Source: Clostridia bacterium (GTDB lineage: Bacteria; Bacillota; Clostridia; RGIG6154). Taken from it: 64,000 nucleotides of DNA. Each line of letters starts with the position of its first letter. Position 1 is the first letter of the stretch. This document shows positions 18,867 through 26,904 of this stretch, in pieces. Location of the stretch: assembly GCA_045605445.1 (NCBI GenBank), contig JAZUPZ010000007.1, positions 2,924 through 66,923 on the forward strand, read 5' to 3'. Below the pieces are notes generated by a model, which was given only the letters and a program-made list of their open reading frames with translations, made no database searches and was not told where the DNA came from. Position numbers and translations under genes: made by a program.

Positions 18867-19940
18867 ATGATATATTTATTACTTGTGGCAGGGGTTTTTA
18901 TGGGATGGTCCCTGGGCACAATGGACGCTGCCAGCGCTTTCGGCACGGCAGTTGCAACCCGAGTCGTAAGATACAGAACGGCAACGGTTATCATTTCCAT
19001 TTTTGTAATTATAGGTGCTTTTACAGCAGGACATAATAACATAGGCAAGCTTGCGGAGCTTGCAACAAGCAACGAGATAATTGCATCTGTTGAAGATGTG
19101 CAGATAGCTGCAGAAAACAATGAGGTTGATTTGCTTCGTCTGAAGTCAGCCCTTAAGGCGGCAATAATTTTTGCCTGCGCAGGATTTACCGTTTTTGTGA
19201 TGGGGCTTTTCAAGCTTCCCGTTTCCGCAAACCAGGCGATAACCGGCGCAATAATAGGCTGGGGACTTTGCTATGCCGATTATTCCAACCCTGCAATTGT
19301 AGCGGTAAATCTGCCGCAGATAGGGAAATTTGCTTCAACCTGGATTCTTAATCCCCTGGGGGCAGGAATAATTTCATTTATAATAGTAAGCCTGTTTAAC
19401 CGCTTTATAGGAAAACGACTTTCTACTCTGGCTTTTTACGATTCTATTATTAAATTCGGATATATTGCCGCGGGAATTTATGCTTCCTTCAGTATCGGAA
19501 TAAACAGCTCGGCAAACGTTACCGCTCTTTATTTTGATATGGTATACGACAAAACGGGCATTGTTTCAAACCTTATAATAAATCCGAGAATTGCGGCAAC
19601 AATCGGCGGTATTGCCATTGCCATCGGAGTTCTTACATATTCTAAAAAGGTTATGATGACGGTAGGCTCGGGAATTGCCGATATAAGTCAGATGGACGGT
19701 TTCCTTGTGGTTATTGCAATGGCAACAGCGGTGCTCCTTATGGGTAAGGTTATGGGAATTCCCGTATCAAACTCTCAGGCAATAGTAGGCGCCGTAATCG
19801 GAGCAGGACTTACAAGAGGCATAAAACACGTTAACTTCGGCGTATTCAAACGAATTGCCGTAGCCTGGGTAAGCTCGCCAACCGCAGCGGGACTTCTGAC
19901 CTATCTGATAGGGCTTTTAACAAAATTTTACTTTGCTTAA
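18867..19940 (+). CDS. pit: PiT-family inorganic phosphate transporter
   Basis: 357 aa multi-TM protein with a PiT-like motif region (GTMDAASAFGTAVATRVV). Confidence 0.65.
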   Translation: MIYLLLVAGVFMGWSLGTMDAASAFGTAVATRVVRYRTATVIISIFVIIGAFTAGHNNIGKLAELATSNEIIASVEDVQIAAENNEVDLLRLKSALKAAIIFACAGFTVFVMGLFKLPVSANQAITGAIIGWGLCYADYSNPAIVAVNLPQIGKFASTWILNPLGAGIISFIIVSLFNRFIGKRLSTLAFYDSIIKFGYIAAGIYASFSIGINSSANVTALYFDMVYDKTGIVSNLIINPRIAATIGGIAIAIGVLTYSKKVMMTVGSGIADISQMDGFLVVIAMATAVLLMGKVMGIPVSNSQAIVGAVIGAGLTRGIKHVNFGVFKRIAVAWVSSPTAAGLLTYLIGLLTKFYFA

Positions 19941-20003
19941 GGGGGATGTTAAAAAAGTCCGGAACGTCAAAAGGCTGTGTTTTCCCTATGAAAGACACAG
20001 TAA
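19941..20003 (+). repeat. C-type 60 bp repeat immediately after a stop codon. The second copy is inverted at 41756-41816.
   Basis: GGGGATGTTAAAAAAGTCCGGAACGTCAAAAGGCTGTGTTTTCCCTATGAAAGACAC matches the reverse complement at 41756-41816 at about 90% identity. Confidence 0.6.
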
Positions 20004-20029
20004 ATATAAAAAAATTTAACCAAATGTAG

Positions 20030-20068
20030 AAAAACCTCAATTTCTTGAGGTTTTTCCTTGTTTTTATG
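20030..20068 (+). terminator. Rho-independent terminator
   Basis: AACCTCAA...TTGAGGTT followed by a T-run. Confidence 0.65.
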
Positions 20069-20076
20069 CCTTTTGA

Positions 20077-20357
20077 CTACGAACAAACTTCACCTAACTC
20101 CGCGTAGCGTCGCAACCTTCGCTGTTAATTGAGCTTTTGCAAAGCACAAAGTTTACGCTCGGTTGCTCCTTTTCCCCATAAAGTCAATTGACTTTTTGGG
20201 GAAAAGGAAAAACAATGCAAAGAAGCGAAGTTTTGCATTTGTGCAAAACGTAGCAAGTCTGCTTTGTTTTGACGCGCGTTCGGGTTCCCACAAGCATAGC
20301 TTGTGGTTCAGTTTGTTCGTTCCAAACATTTTTTCCTATCCCCTTACGGGGTGAAGC
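20077..20357 (+). repeat. A-type modular repeat copy carrying a ~150 bp internal insertion rich in nested palindromes
   Basis: Same 5' module as 15603 (CTACGAACAAACTTCACCTAACTCCGCGTA) and same 3' module (GGTTCAGTTTGT...TTTTTTCCTATCCCCTTACGGGGTGAAG). The insert includes CCTTTTCCCC-ATAAAGTCAATTGACTTTTT-GGGGAAAAGG. Confidence 0.55.
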
Positions 20358-20476
20358 TGTTTAAAATTAAGTTTTTAAACAGCTTCTTTGTGTTTCTGTG
20401 CAAAAAATGGTACTTTGGTAAAATAGGGGATTGAAATTTATATCCCATGGTGTTAAACTTATACTACAACAGAAAA

Positions 20477-20676
20477 CACGGTTTTGCAGCAGTGCACATC
20501 CGTTTTTTAGAAAACACGGAGAGGGCAGCGAGTCGCTGCCTTGGGTTAGTTACCGGGGAACTTCGTTTCGCATCCGCGAAACGCCTCCCGGCATCGCTAC
20601 GACGAATAATAAATCATAATATGATTAACAAAATTCGCCTCCGCTCGCCGGGATAATATGTGCCGCAAAGCCGTGA
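20477..20676 (+). ncRNA. Putative retron non-coding RNA (msr-msd)
   Basis: a1 (CACGGTTTTGCAGCAGTGCAC, about 20477-20497) and a2 (GTGCCGCAAAGCCGTG, about 20660-20675) form a 13/15 bp inverted repeat bracketing ~160 nt. Inside is a long interrupted hairpin (CCGGGGAACTTCGTTTCGC-ATCC-GCGAAACGCCTCCCGG) plus the GGCAGCGA/TCGCTGCC and ATCATAATATGAT hairpins, directly upstream of the RT. Confidence 0.5.
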
Positions 20677-21773
20677 ACTGTAAAAAAGCAAAGGAGGGGG
20701 AACTGTTGAAAATTATAGGCGGAGCTGTAATTTTTGAGGAATGTGATTCTCATTTTGTTGAAAAGTTTACATTCCCAAAGGCAATGGAAATAGTTCATAA
20801 TTTTATCAGTACAAATTCCCATCCTTTTATTTTTGATACCTATCAGCTTTCTGATTTTATAAACGTAAGCAGAAAAAGGCTTTTTGTGCTTTCCCGCTTC
20901 AGGGAGGAGCACTATAAGGTTTTAAAAGTAATAAAGAAAAACGGGAAATACAGAACCCTTAAAATTCCCGATGAGGAGCTTAAAGATGTTCAGAAAAAAA
21001 TCTTAAGGCAGATTTTGCTTTATTATGATGTTTCTGAATATGCAACGGCGTATGAGAGGGGCTCAACTCTTTATAAAAATGCCGTGGTTCACAAGGGCAA
21101 AAAATATCTTCTGAAAATGGATATTTCCGATTTTTTTGACAGTATAACCTCCGATATGGTTCACGACAAGGTGTTCAACACAAAATATTTCCCAAAGCAT
21201 ATCGGCTCCCTGCTTACTCAGCTTTGCTGTAACGAGGGTTGTCTTCCTCAGGGAGCGCCTTCCTCACCGAAGCTTTCAAACATAGTTATGGCAGACTTTG
21301 ACGGAGCCATAGGAAGATGGTGTTCAAAAAAAGGGGTTTCCTATACAAGATATTGCGACGATTTAACCTTTTCTTCTGATGAGCCTCTTTACAACGTTTA
21401 TGTAAGAGTAAAATCAATGCTTGAGGAAATGGGCTTTGAGGTTAACGAAAATAAAACCGGATTTTTTACCAATGCCTGCCGCCAGAGCGTAACGGGACTT
21501 ACCGTTAACGAAAAGGTGAGGGTTTCAAGGGAGTATAAAAGAAAGCTCCGTCAGGAAATTTACTACACTTTAAAATACGGTCCTTCTGATGTTATCACAA
21601 AAGAGGATAAGAAGGAATTTGTGTTTTTCGGAGAACCGGAGATACAGACTTATATGGACTCACTTATAGGAAGAACGGCTTATGTTCTTCAGATAGAACC
21701 GGCGAATAAAAGCTTTGACGACTTTCTTAAAAAGCTTATAAAGCTGAAAAAAGAACTGAACAGGGAACAATAA
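20658..21773 (+). CDS. Retron-type reverse transcriptase
   Basis: QGAPSSPKLSNIVMADFD and YTRYCDDLTFS (the YxDD box) plus NENKTGFF...VTGLTVNEKVRVSRE align to retron Ec86-type RT motifs. The true start is probably the TTG near 20706, behind the RBS AAGGAGGGGG. Confidence 0.75.
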   Translation: MCRKAVNCKKAKEGELLKIIGGAVIFEECDSHFVEKFTFPKAMEIVHNFISTNSHPFIFDTYQLSDFINVSRKRLFVLSRFREEHYKVLKVIKKNGKYRTLKIPDEELKDVQKKILRQILLYYDVSEYATAYERGSTLYKNAVVHKGKKYLLKMDISDFFDSITSDMVHDKVFNTKYFPKHIGSLLTQLCCNEGCLPQGAPSSPKLSNIVMADFDGAIGRWCSKKGVSYTRYCDDLTFSSDEPLYNVYVRVKSMLEEMGFEVNENKTGFFTNACRQSVTGLTVNEKVRVSREYKRKLRQEIYYTLKYGPSDVITKEDKKEFVFFGEPEIQTYMDSLIGRTAYVLQIEPANKSFDDFLKKLIKLKKELNREQ

Positions 21774-21868
21774 AGCAACAGGCAACGGTAAATTTTATAA
21801 TAAACGGGAATATTGCGTAAAATTCACCCGAAATGTAATAAAATCTACAGAATTTTGACGTTAAAAGG

Positions 21869-21897
21869 TTGACAAATACGCTGTAAAGTGATATTAT
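21869..21897 (+). promoter_or_regulatory. Promoter TTGACA-17-TATTAT
   Basis: Read directly from the sequence, upstream of the small TM ORF. Confidence 0.45.
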
Positions 21898-21928
21898 AAA
21901 GTATATTATTTTCGGAGGTACGGAAAAG

Positions 21929-22168
21929 ATGACAGTTGTAAAATCAAATTTCAACACTTCATCTGAAGATGCAAAAACTTTTGCACCTTGTTCTTGTGCT
22001 GCTGAAACAATGAATAATAGCGTTTTTTCAGGCATTGCTCTTGCAATGTCTGTTTTATTATGCCTTTGCCTTGTTAATGTCCTTAGCATTTATGGCATAA
22101 TTACAGGCATTATTATACTAAACATAATTACAGGAAACAAATATGAAAAGGCAAAGAGTTTAAGTTAA
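21929..22168 (+). CDS. Small 2-TM membrane protein, candidate retron effector
   Basis: 79 aa with two hydrophobic helices (VFSGIALAMSVLLCLCLVNVL and IYGIITGIIILNIITG). 155 bp downstream of the RT. Confidence 0.35.
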   Translation: MTVVKSNFNTSSEDAKTFAPCSCAAETMNNSVFSGIALAMSVLLCLCLVNVLSIYGIITGIIILNIITGNKYEKAKSLS

Positions 22169-22179
22169 TTTTGCAGAGT

Positions 22180-22218
22180 TATGATTTTGACGGTTTTGCC
22201 TTTTCAGGGTAAAACCGT
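22180..22218 (+). terminator. Putative terminator
   Basis: ACGGTTTT...AAAACCGT stem followed by TTTTT. Confidence 0.4.
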
Positions 22219-22238
22219 TTTTGATTGAAGGAGACAAA

Positions 22239-23033
22239 ATGGAAATAATTGATTTTCATGCACATATATATCCCGAAAAAATAGCAGAAAAGGCAGTTTC
22301 AAGCGTTGGCGAGTTTTATAATATTAAAATGGACGGCAGAGGAACGGCAAAAACTCTTATTGAAGAAAACAAAGAGGTTTCTGCTTTTGTGGTTCACTCG
22401 GTTGCGGTTGCGCCGAAAACCGTTGTGGCAATTAACGATTTTATTTCATCAGAATGCGAAAAACACAGCAATTTTTACGGGTTTGGAACAATGCATGCCG
22501 ATTTTGAAAACAAAATAGAAGAAACAAAAAGAATGGTTGAGCTGGGGCTTAAAGGCGTTAAAATTCATCCCGACACTCAGATGTTCAATATGGATGATAA
22601 AAAAATGTTTGAGCTTTACGATTTTCTCAGAGAGGAAAAAATCCCCCTGCTTATTCATTGCGGCGATTACCGTTACGATTATTCTCATCCGAGACGACTT
22701 AAAAAAATTCTCAGACTTTTCCCGGGGCTTGTTGCCATAGGGGCGCACTTCGGCGGATGGTCTATGCACGACCTTGCTCTTGAATACCTGAAAGACGAAA
22801 ATTGCTATCTCGACACATCGAGCTCCTTTTTCGTAATGGGAATGCAAAGGGCTAAGGAGCTTATAAGAATTTACGGCGCCGAAAGAATGGTTTATGGAAC
22901 CGACTTCCCCATGTGGGACGGAAAAACCGAGCTGGAAAGATTTATGAGTATGAATCTTACCGACGAGGAAAATGAATTGATTTTAAGCAGAAATGCTAAA
23001 AAAATATTAAACATTAAGGAGTGTAAAAAATGA
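22239..23033 (+). CDS. Amidohydrolase-2 family metal-dependent TIM-barrel hydrolase
   Basis: MEIIDFHAHIYPE N-terminal HxH motif. RBS AAGGAGA precedes the ATG at 22239. Confidence 0.6.
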   Translation: MEIIDFHAHIYPEKIAEKAVSSVGEFYNIKMDGRGTAKTLIEENKEVSAFVVHSVAVAPKTVVAINDFISSECEKHSNFYGFGTMHADFENKIEETKRMVELGLKGVKIHPDTQMFNMDDKKMFELYDFLREEKIPLLIHCGDYRYDYSHPRRLKKILRLFPGLVAIGAHFGGWSMHDLALEYLKDENCYLDTSSSFFVMGMQRAKELIRIYGAERMVYGTDFPMWDGKTELERFMSMNLTDEENELILSRNAKKILNIKECKK

Positions 23034-24418
23034 AAAAAATCAAAATCACAGACATTACTCTTAAGAAGCTTTCACAGGAACGTGAGACCTCTCTACTTTT
23101 CCGTGAAAAGACAGCTGTTGCCGCTTGTGCAGATGCGTTGGGAGTTGATGCTGTTGAAATAGCTCCTGTAAAAAATGTAAGAGAAGATACCATTATTTAT
23201 AAAACAATTTCCCAGAAGGTTAAAAATGCAGCGGTTGCAATTCCCGTTGGTTTTACAACAGAAGAGGTTGCAGTTGCCTGGGAATGTGTTAAAGAGGCTG
23301 CAAAGCCCCGCCTTCAGGTAGAGGTTCCCGTTTCAACGGTTCAGATGGAATATACATATCATATCAAGGCTGAAAAAATGCTTCTTAAAATTGCAGAGCT
23401 TGTAAAGGCTGCAAAGGAGCTTTGCGACGATGTGGAATTCTGTGCACTCGATGCAACAAGAGCCGATGAGGCTTTCCTTATCGCTGCGGCAAAAGAGGCA
23501 GAAGCACAGGGGGCAGGAATTGTTACAGTGTGCGACGATGCGGGAGCATTTCTTCCCGAAACTGTTGCAGAGCTTGTTTCAAAAGTTAAAGAGGCTGTAA
23601 GCGTTCCTGTTTATGCTCAGGTTTCCGATAAAATCAGCATGGGAGTTGCCTCCTCTGTTGCGGCAATCAGAAAGGGCGTTGACGGACTTAAATGTGCCAT
23701 GGCGGGCAAAGACGTTGTTTCAACAGGCAGACTTTCAGATGCTATGACCGCCTGCACCGCTGAAATTGGCGCAGAAACAAATCTTAACAATACGAAAATT
23801 CATGCAAGCACAGCTGATTTGCTGGCAAGCATTAACCATCAGGATTATGAAACCGACCCCACTGTAAGCGAAAAGAAGAAAATTCTTCTTGATTCAGAAA
23901 GCACTCTGGCTCAGGTAGCTCAGGCGGCTCAGGTTTTAGGCTACGACCTTTCCGATTCCGACTGCGGAAATGTTCACAAAGCCCTTCTTAACATTTGTGA
24001 AAAGAAGGATGCCGTTGGTGCAAAGGAGCTGGAGGCTTTAATTGCAAGCTCCGCTATGCAGGCTCCTTCAACCTACCATCTTGAAAGCTACACAACAAAC
24101 AGCAGTAACCTTTCAAGCTCAATGTCTCAGGTTACCTTAAAGAACGGCGATGAAATCATCTGCGGTGTAAGCACAGGAGACGGCCCTATCGATTCAGCTT
24201 TCAGAGCAATAGAACAGTGTATCGGTCACCACTACGAGCTTGACGATTTCCAGGTTCAGTCGGTTACCGAAGGAAAAGAAGCTCTTGGCTCTGCGGTTGT
24301 AAAGCTCCGCAACAACGGAAAGCTTTACTCGGGCAACGGAATTTCAACCGACATTGTTGCCGCAAGCATAAGAGCATATATAAACGCTCTTAACAAAATA
24401 GTGTTTGAGGAGGCATAA
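23030..24418 (+). CDS. LeuA/homocitrate-synthase-family homolog that has lost the catalytic residues but keeps the C-terminal LeuA allosteric domain
   Basis: The C-terminus (YELDDFQVQSVTEGKEALGSAVVKL...ISTDIVAASIRAYINALNKI) matches the LeuA dimer/regulatory domain. The N-terminal barrel lacks RDGxQ (it has TLKKLSQERE) and lacks HxHND (it has VSDKISMG). Confidence 0.5.
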   Translation: MKKIKITDITLKKLSQERETSLLFREKTAVAACADALGVDAVEIAPVKNVREDTIIYKTISQKVKNAAVAIPVGFTTEEVAVAWECVKEAAKPRLQVEVPVSTVQMEYTYHIKAEKMLLKIAELVKAAKELCDDVEFCALDATRADEAFLIAAAKEAEAQGAGIVTVCDDAGAFLPETVAELVSKVKEAVSVPVYAQVSDKISMGVASSVAAIRKGVDGLKCAMAGKDVVSTGRLSDAMTACTAEIGAETNLNNTKIHASTADLLASINHQDYETDPTVSEKKKILLDSESTLAQVAQAAQVLGYDLSDSDCGNVHKALLNICEKKDAVGAKELEALIASSAMQAPSTYHLESYTTNSSNLSSSMSQVTLKNGDEIICGVSTGDGPIDSAFRAIEQCIGHHYELDDFQVQSVTEGKEALGSAVVKLRNNGKLYSGNGISTDIVAASIRAYINALNKIVFEEA

Positions 24419-24426
24419 TGTAAAAA

Positions 24427-26886
24427 ATGAAAATTGTATTTTCGACAAAAAATGTAAACTGTGCATCTTTCATTAACCTGTGCCGCTATGCTTATGATTA
24501 CGGATTTTCCGGATTTGAAATATATGATGCTGTTAAAGAACGTAATCAGCATCACGACAGTATATTGCGACGCGAGCGCACAGCTGATGCAAAAAGAAAG
24601 CTTATTAACAGAAATCTTTCCGTTTCGGCGCTTCGTATGCCATATCCTGTTGAAAGTGCAGATACAACTTCGGAAACGGTTTTAAAATATGTTGAAATGG
24701 CGGCATCCTCCGGCGTTTCATATGTAATAGTAAGAGTTGAAGAGGAAACTCCTTTTGAGGCTTTAAAGGAAAAGCTCTCAGCCGCAATTGCCCGTGCAGA
24801 GAAAAGCGACGTTGGAATTTTGTTTGAAACGGTAGGCTTTCTGGCAGATACGGAAAACGTAATTAAAATAATCAATTATTTTTCTTCTGCGGCAATCGGC
24901 GCTTCCTGGAACGTAAGAGGAACTTACTTCGGAGCGGGAGAAACTGCAGAGGCTACAATTAAAACTCTCGGCGCATATATAAAATATGTCCGTCTGGGAG
25001 ATATGAAGGATTCAAAAACAGTTTTAATCGGCGAGGGAACTCTTCCCGTTGAAAATTTAATCAATGCTCTTTCCTCTCTTAACTTTGACGGATTCATCTG
25101 CGCCGCATGGAATGAAGATATTAACGATGCAGACATTGTTCTTACTCATTTTACAAACTATATCTCTTCCTTAAGCAGAGAAAAGAAGAGCTTTGAACAC
25201 GCTTATTATAACAGAGCAAAAACAGGCACCTTTGTCTGGAAAAAATACGACGTTATCGATGCAACCTTCTCAGAGGTTTTAGATACAATGGCGGAAAAAT
25301 ATCCCGACCAGTATGCCTTTAAATATCCGACTCTTGATTATACAAGAACCTATGCTCAGTTCCGCCGCGATGTTGACGAATGTGCCGCAGCCCTTATATC
25401 CCTTGGGGTAAAGGCGGGCGACCACGTTGCAATCTGGGCAACAAACGTTCCCCAGTGGTATGTAACCTTCTGGGCAACAACAAAAATCGGTGCCGTTTTA
25501 GTTACGGTAAATACCGCATATAAAATTCACGAAATTGAATATCTTTTAAAGCAGTCTGATACTCATACTCTGGTTATGATTGAATACTGCAAGGATATAA
25601 ACTATAAGGAAATCATAAAAGAGCTTTGCCCCGAGCTTGAAAATCTTAATCCGGGCGATCCTCTTTACTCGAAGAATCTTCCATTCTTAAGAAACGTAGT
25701 AACGGTAGATTTTTCAATGGAAGGCTGTCTTACCTGGGAGCAGATGCTTTCCCGCTCAGCCCTTGTTCCGAGGGAAGAGGTGAGAAGAAGAGCCTCTCTT
25801 GTAAAGCCCGACGATGTCTGCAATATGCAGTACACCTCGGGAACCACGGGCTTCCCCAAAGGGGTTATGCTTACTCACAGAAACATTGTTAACAACGGTA
25901 AAACAATAGGCGACAGAATGGACCTTTCAACGGCAGACAGAATGATGATTCAGGTGCCGATGTTCCATTGCTTCGGAATGGTTCTTTCAATGACTTCAAT
26001 GATGACTCACGGCGGAACCCTTTGTCCTATTCCGTACTTTTCGCCGAAATCCTCTCTTGCCTGCGTAAACGACGAGAGAATAACCTGCTTCAACGGCGTT
26101 CCTACAATGTTTATTGCAATGTTTAATCATCCTGATTTTGCCAAAACCGATTTTTCTTATATGAGAACGGGTATTATGGCAGGTGCCAACTGCCCTGCAG
26201 ACTTAATGCGCCGCGCGGCAGATGAAATGAATATGAAGGAAATTATTTCCGTATACGGTCAGACAGAGGCTTCTCCCGGTTGTACCATGGGCGAGGTTAA
26301 TGAAGATATTGACCACCGTGTTGAAACAGTCGGAAGTCCCTTCCCGGGAGTTGAATGTAAGGTAATCGACCCGGAAACAGGCGAAGAAGTTCCCGACGGT
26401 GAAAACGGCGAATTCGTTGCAAGAGGCTTTAACATAATGAAGGGCTATTACAAAATGCCCGAGGCAACCGCTCAGGCAATCGACTCTGAAGGCTGGCTTC
26501 ATTCGGGAGATATCTGCTGCAGAACTCCCGACGGCTACTACAAGGTAACCGGCAGACTTAAAGATATGATTATACGAGGCGGCGAGAATCTTTACCCCCG
26601 TGAAATTGAAGAATTTTATCTTACTCATCCGAAAATAAGAGACGTTCAGGTTGTGGGCGTTCCCGATGAGAAATACGGCGAAGAATGCTGTGCCTGGGTA
26701 ATTCTTCACAAGGGTGAAAGTGCCGACGAAAACGAAATGAAGGAATTCGGAAACGAGTTTATTGCCCGTCATAAGGTTCCAAGATACTTTGTTTTTGTTG
26801 ATGCCTTCCCAATGAACGCGGCAGGAAAAATTCTTAAATATAAAATGCGCGAAGAAGCAATTAAAATGTTAAAATTAAACGGTTAA
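24427..26886 (+). CDS. Fusion of a xylose-isomerase-like TIM-barrel domain and an AMP-dependent acyl-CoA synthetase/ligase
   Basis: 819 aa. Residues ~1-260 look like a sugar-phosphate isomerase/epimerase TIM barrel. The C-terminal ~560 aa is an AMP-binding enzyme (YTSGTTGFPKGVMLTHRN, with a GYYK-containing C-terminal domain). Confidence 0.6.
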   Translation: MKIVFSTKNVNCASFINLCRYAYDYGFSGFEIYDAVKERNQHHDSILRRERTADAKRKLINRNLSVSALRMPYPVESADTTSETVLKYVEMAASSGVSYVIVRVEEETPFEALKEKLSAAIARAEKSDVGILFETVGFLADTENVIKIINYFSSAAIGASWNVRGTYFGAGETAEATIKTLGAYIKYVRLGDMKDSKTVLIGEGTLPVENLINALSSLNFDGFICAAWNEDINDADIVLTHFTNYISSLSREKKSFEHAYYNRAKTGTFVWKKYDVIDATFSEVLDTMAEKYPDQYAFKYPTLDYTRTYAQFRRDVDECAAALISLGVKAGDHVAIWATNVPQWYVTFWATTKIGAVLVTVNTAYKIHEIEYLLKQSDTHTLVMIEYCKDINYKEIIKELCPELENLNPGDPLYSKNLPFLRNVVTVDFSMEGCLTWEQMLSRSALVPREEVRRRASLVKPDDVCNMQYTSGTTGFPKGVMLTHRNIVNNGKTIGDRMDLSTADRMMIQVPMFHCFGMVLSMTSMMTHGGTLCPIPYFSPKSSLACVNDERITCFNGVPTMFIAMFNHPDFAKTDFSYMRTGIMAGANCPADLMRRAADEMNMKEIISVYGQTEASPGCTMGEVNEDIDHRVETVGSPFPGVECKVIDPETGEEVPDGENGEFVARGFNIMKGYYKMPEATAQAIDSEGWLHSGDICCRTPDGYYKVTGRLKDMIIRGGENLYPREIEEFYLTHPKIRDVQVVGVPDEKYGEECCAWVILHKGESADENEMKEFGNEFIARHKVPRYFVFVDAFPMNAAGKILKYKMREEAIKMLKLNG

Positions 26887-26904
26887 TATAAAGGAGAGAA
26901 AAAA

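Noticed and set aside
19846-20040. 64 aa minus-strand ORF, and its counterpart 41756..41983 + at 75 aa, sharing the peptide VSFIGxxQxFDVPDFFNIP
   Set aside because: The shared peptide is an artefact of translating the C-type DNA repeat in the same frame. Both ORFs run through terminator hairpins and lack an RBS.
20658-20705. ATG at 20658 as the RT start
   Set aside because: Probably not the start. It overlaps the a2 repeat of the ncRNA and lacks an RBS, whereas a downstream TTG near 20706 has a strong AAGGAGGGGG RBS. Kept as the feature boundary because it cannot be resolved from sequence alone.
26203-26772. 189 aa minus-strand ORF, and similar antisense ORFs (27382..28029, 47780..48373, 59995..60612, 38938..39387)
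   Set aside because: Antisense to well-supported coding sequences (acyl-CoA ligase, ilvE, membrane protein, histidine kinase, AraC). They have no RBS and skewed composition.
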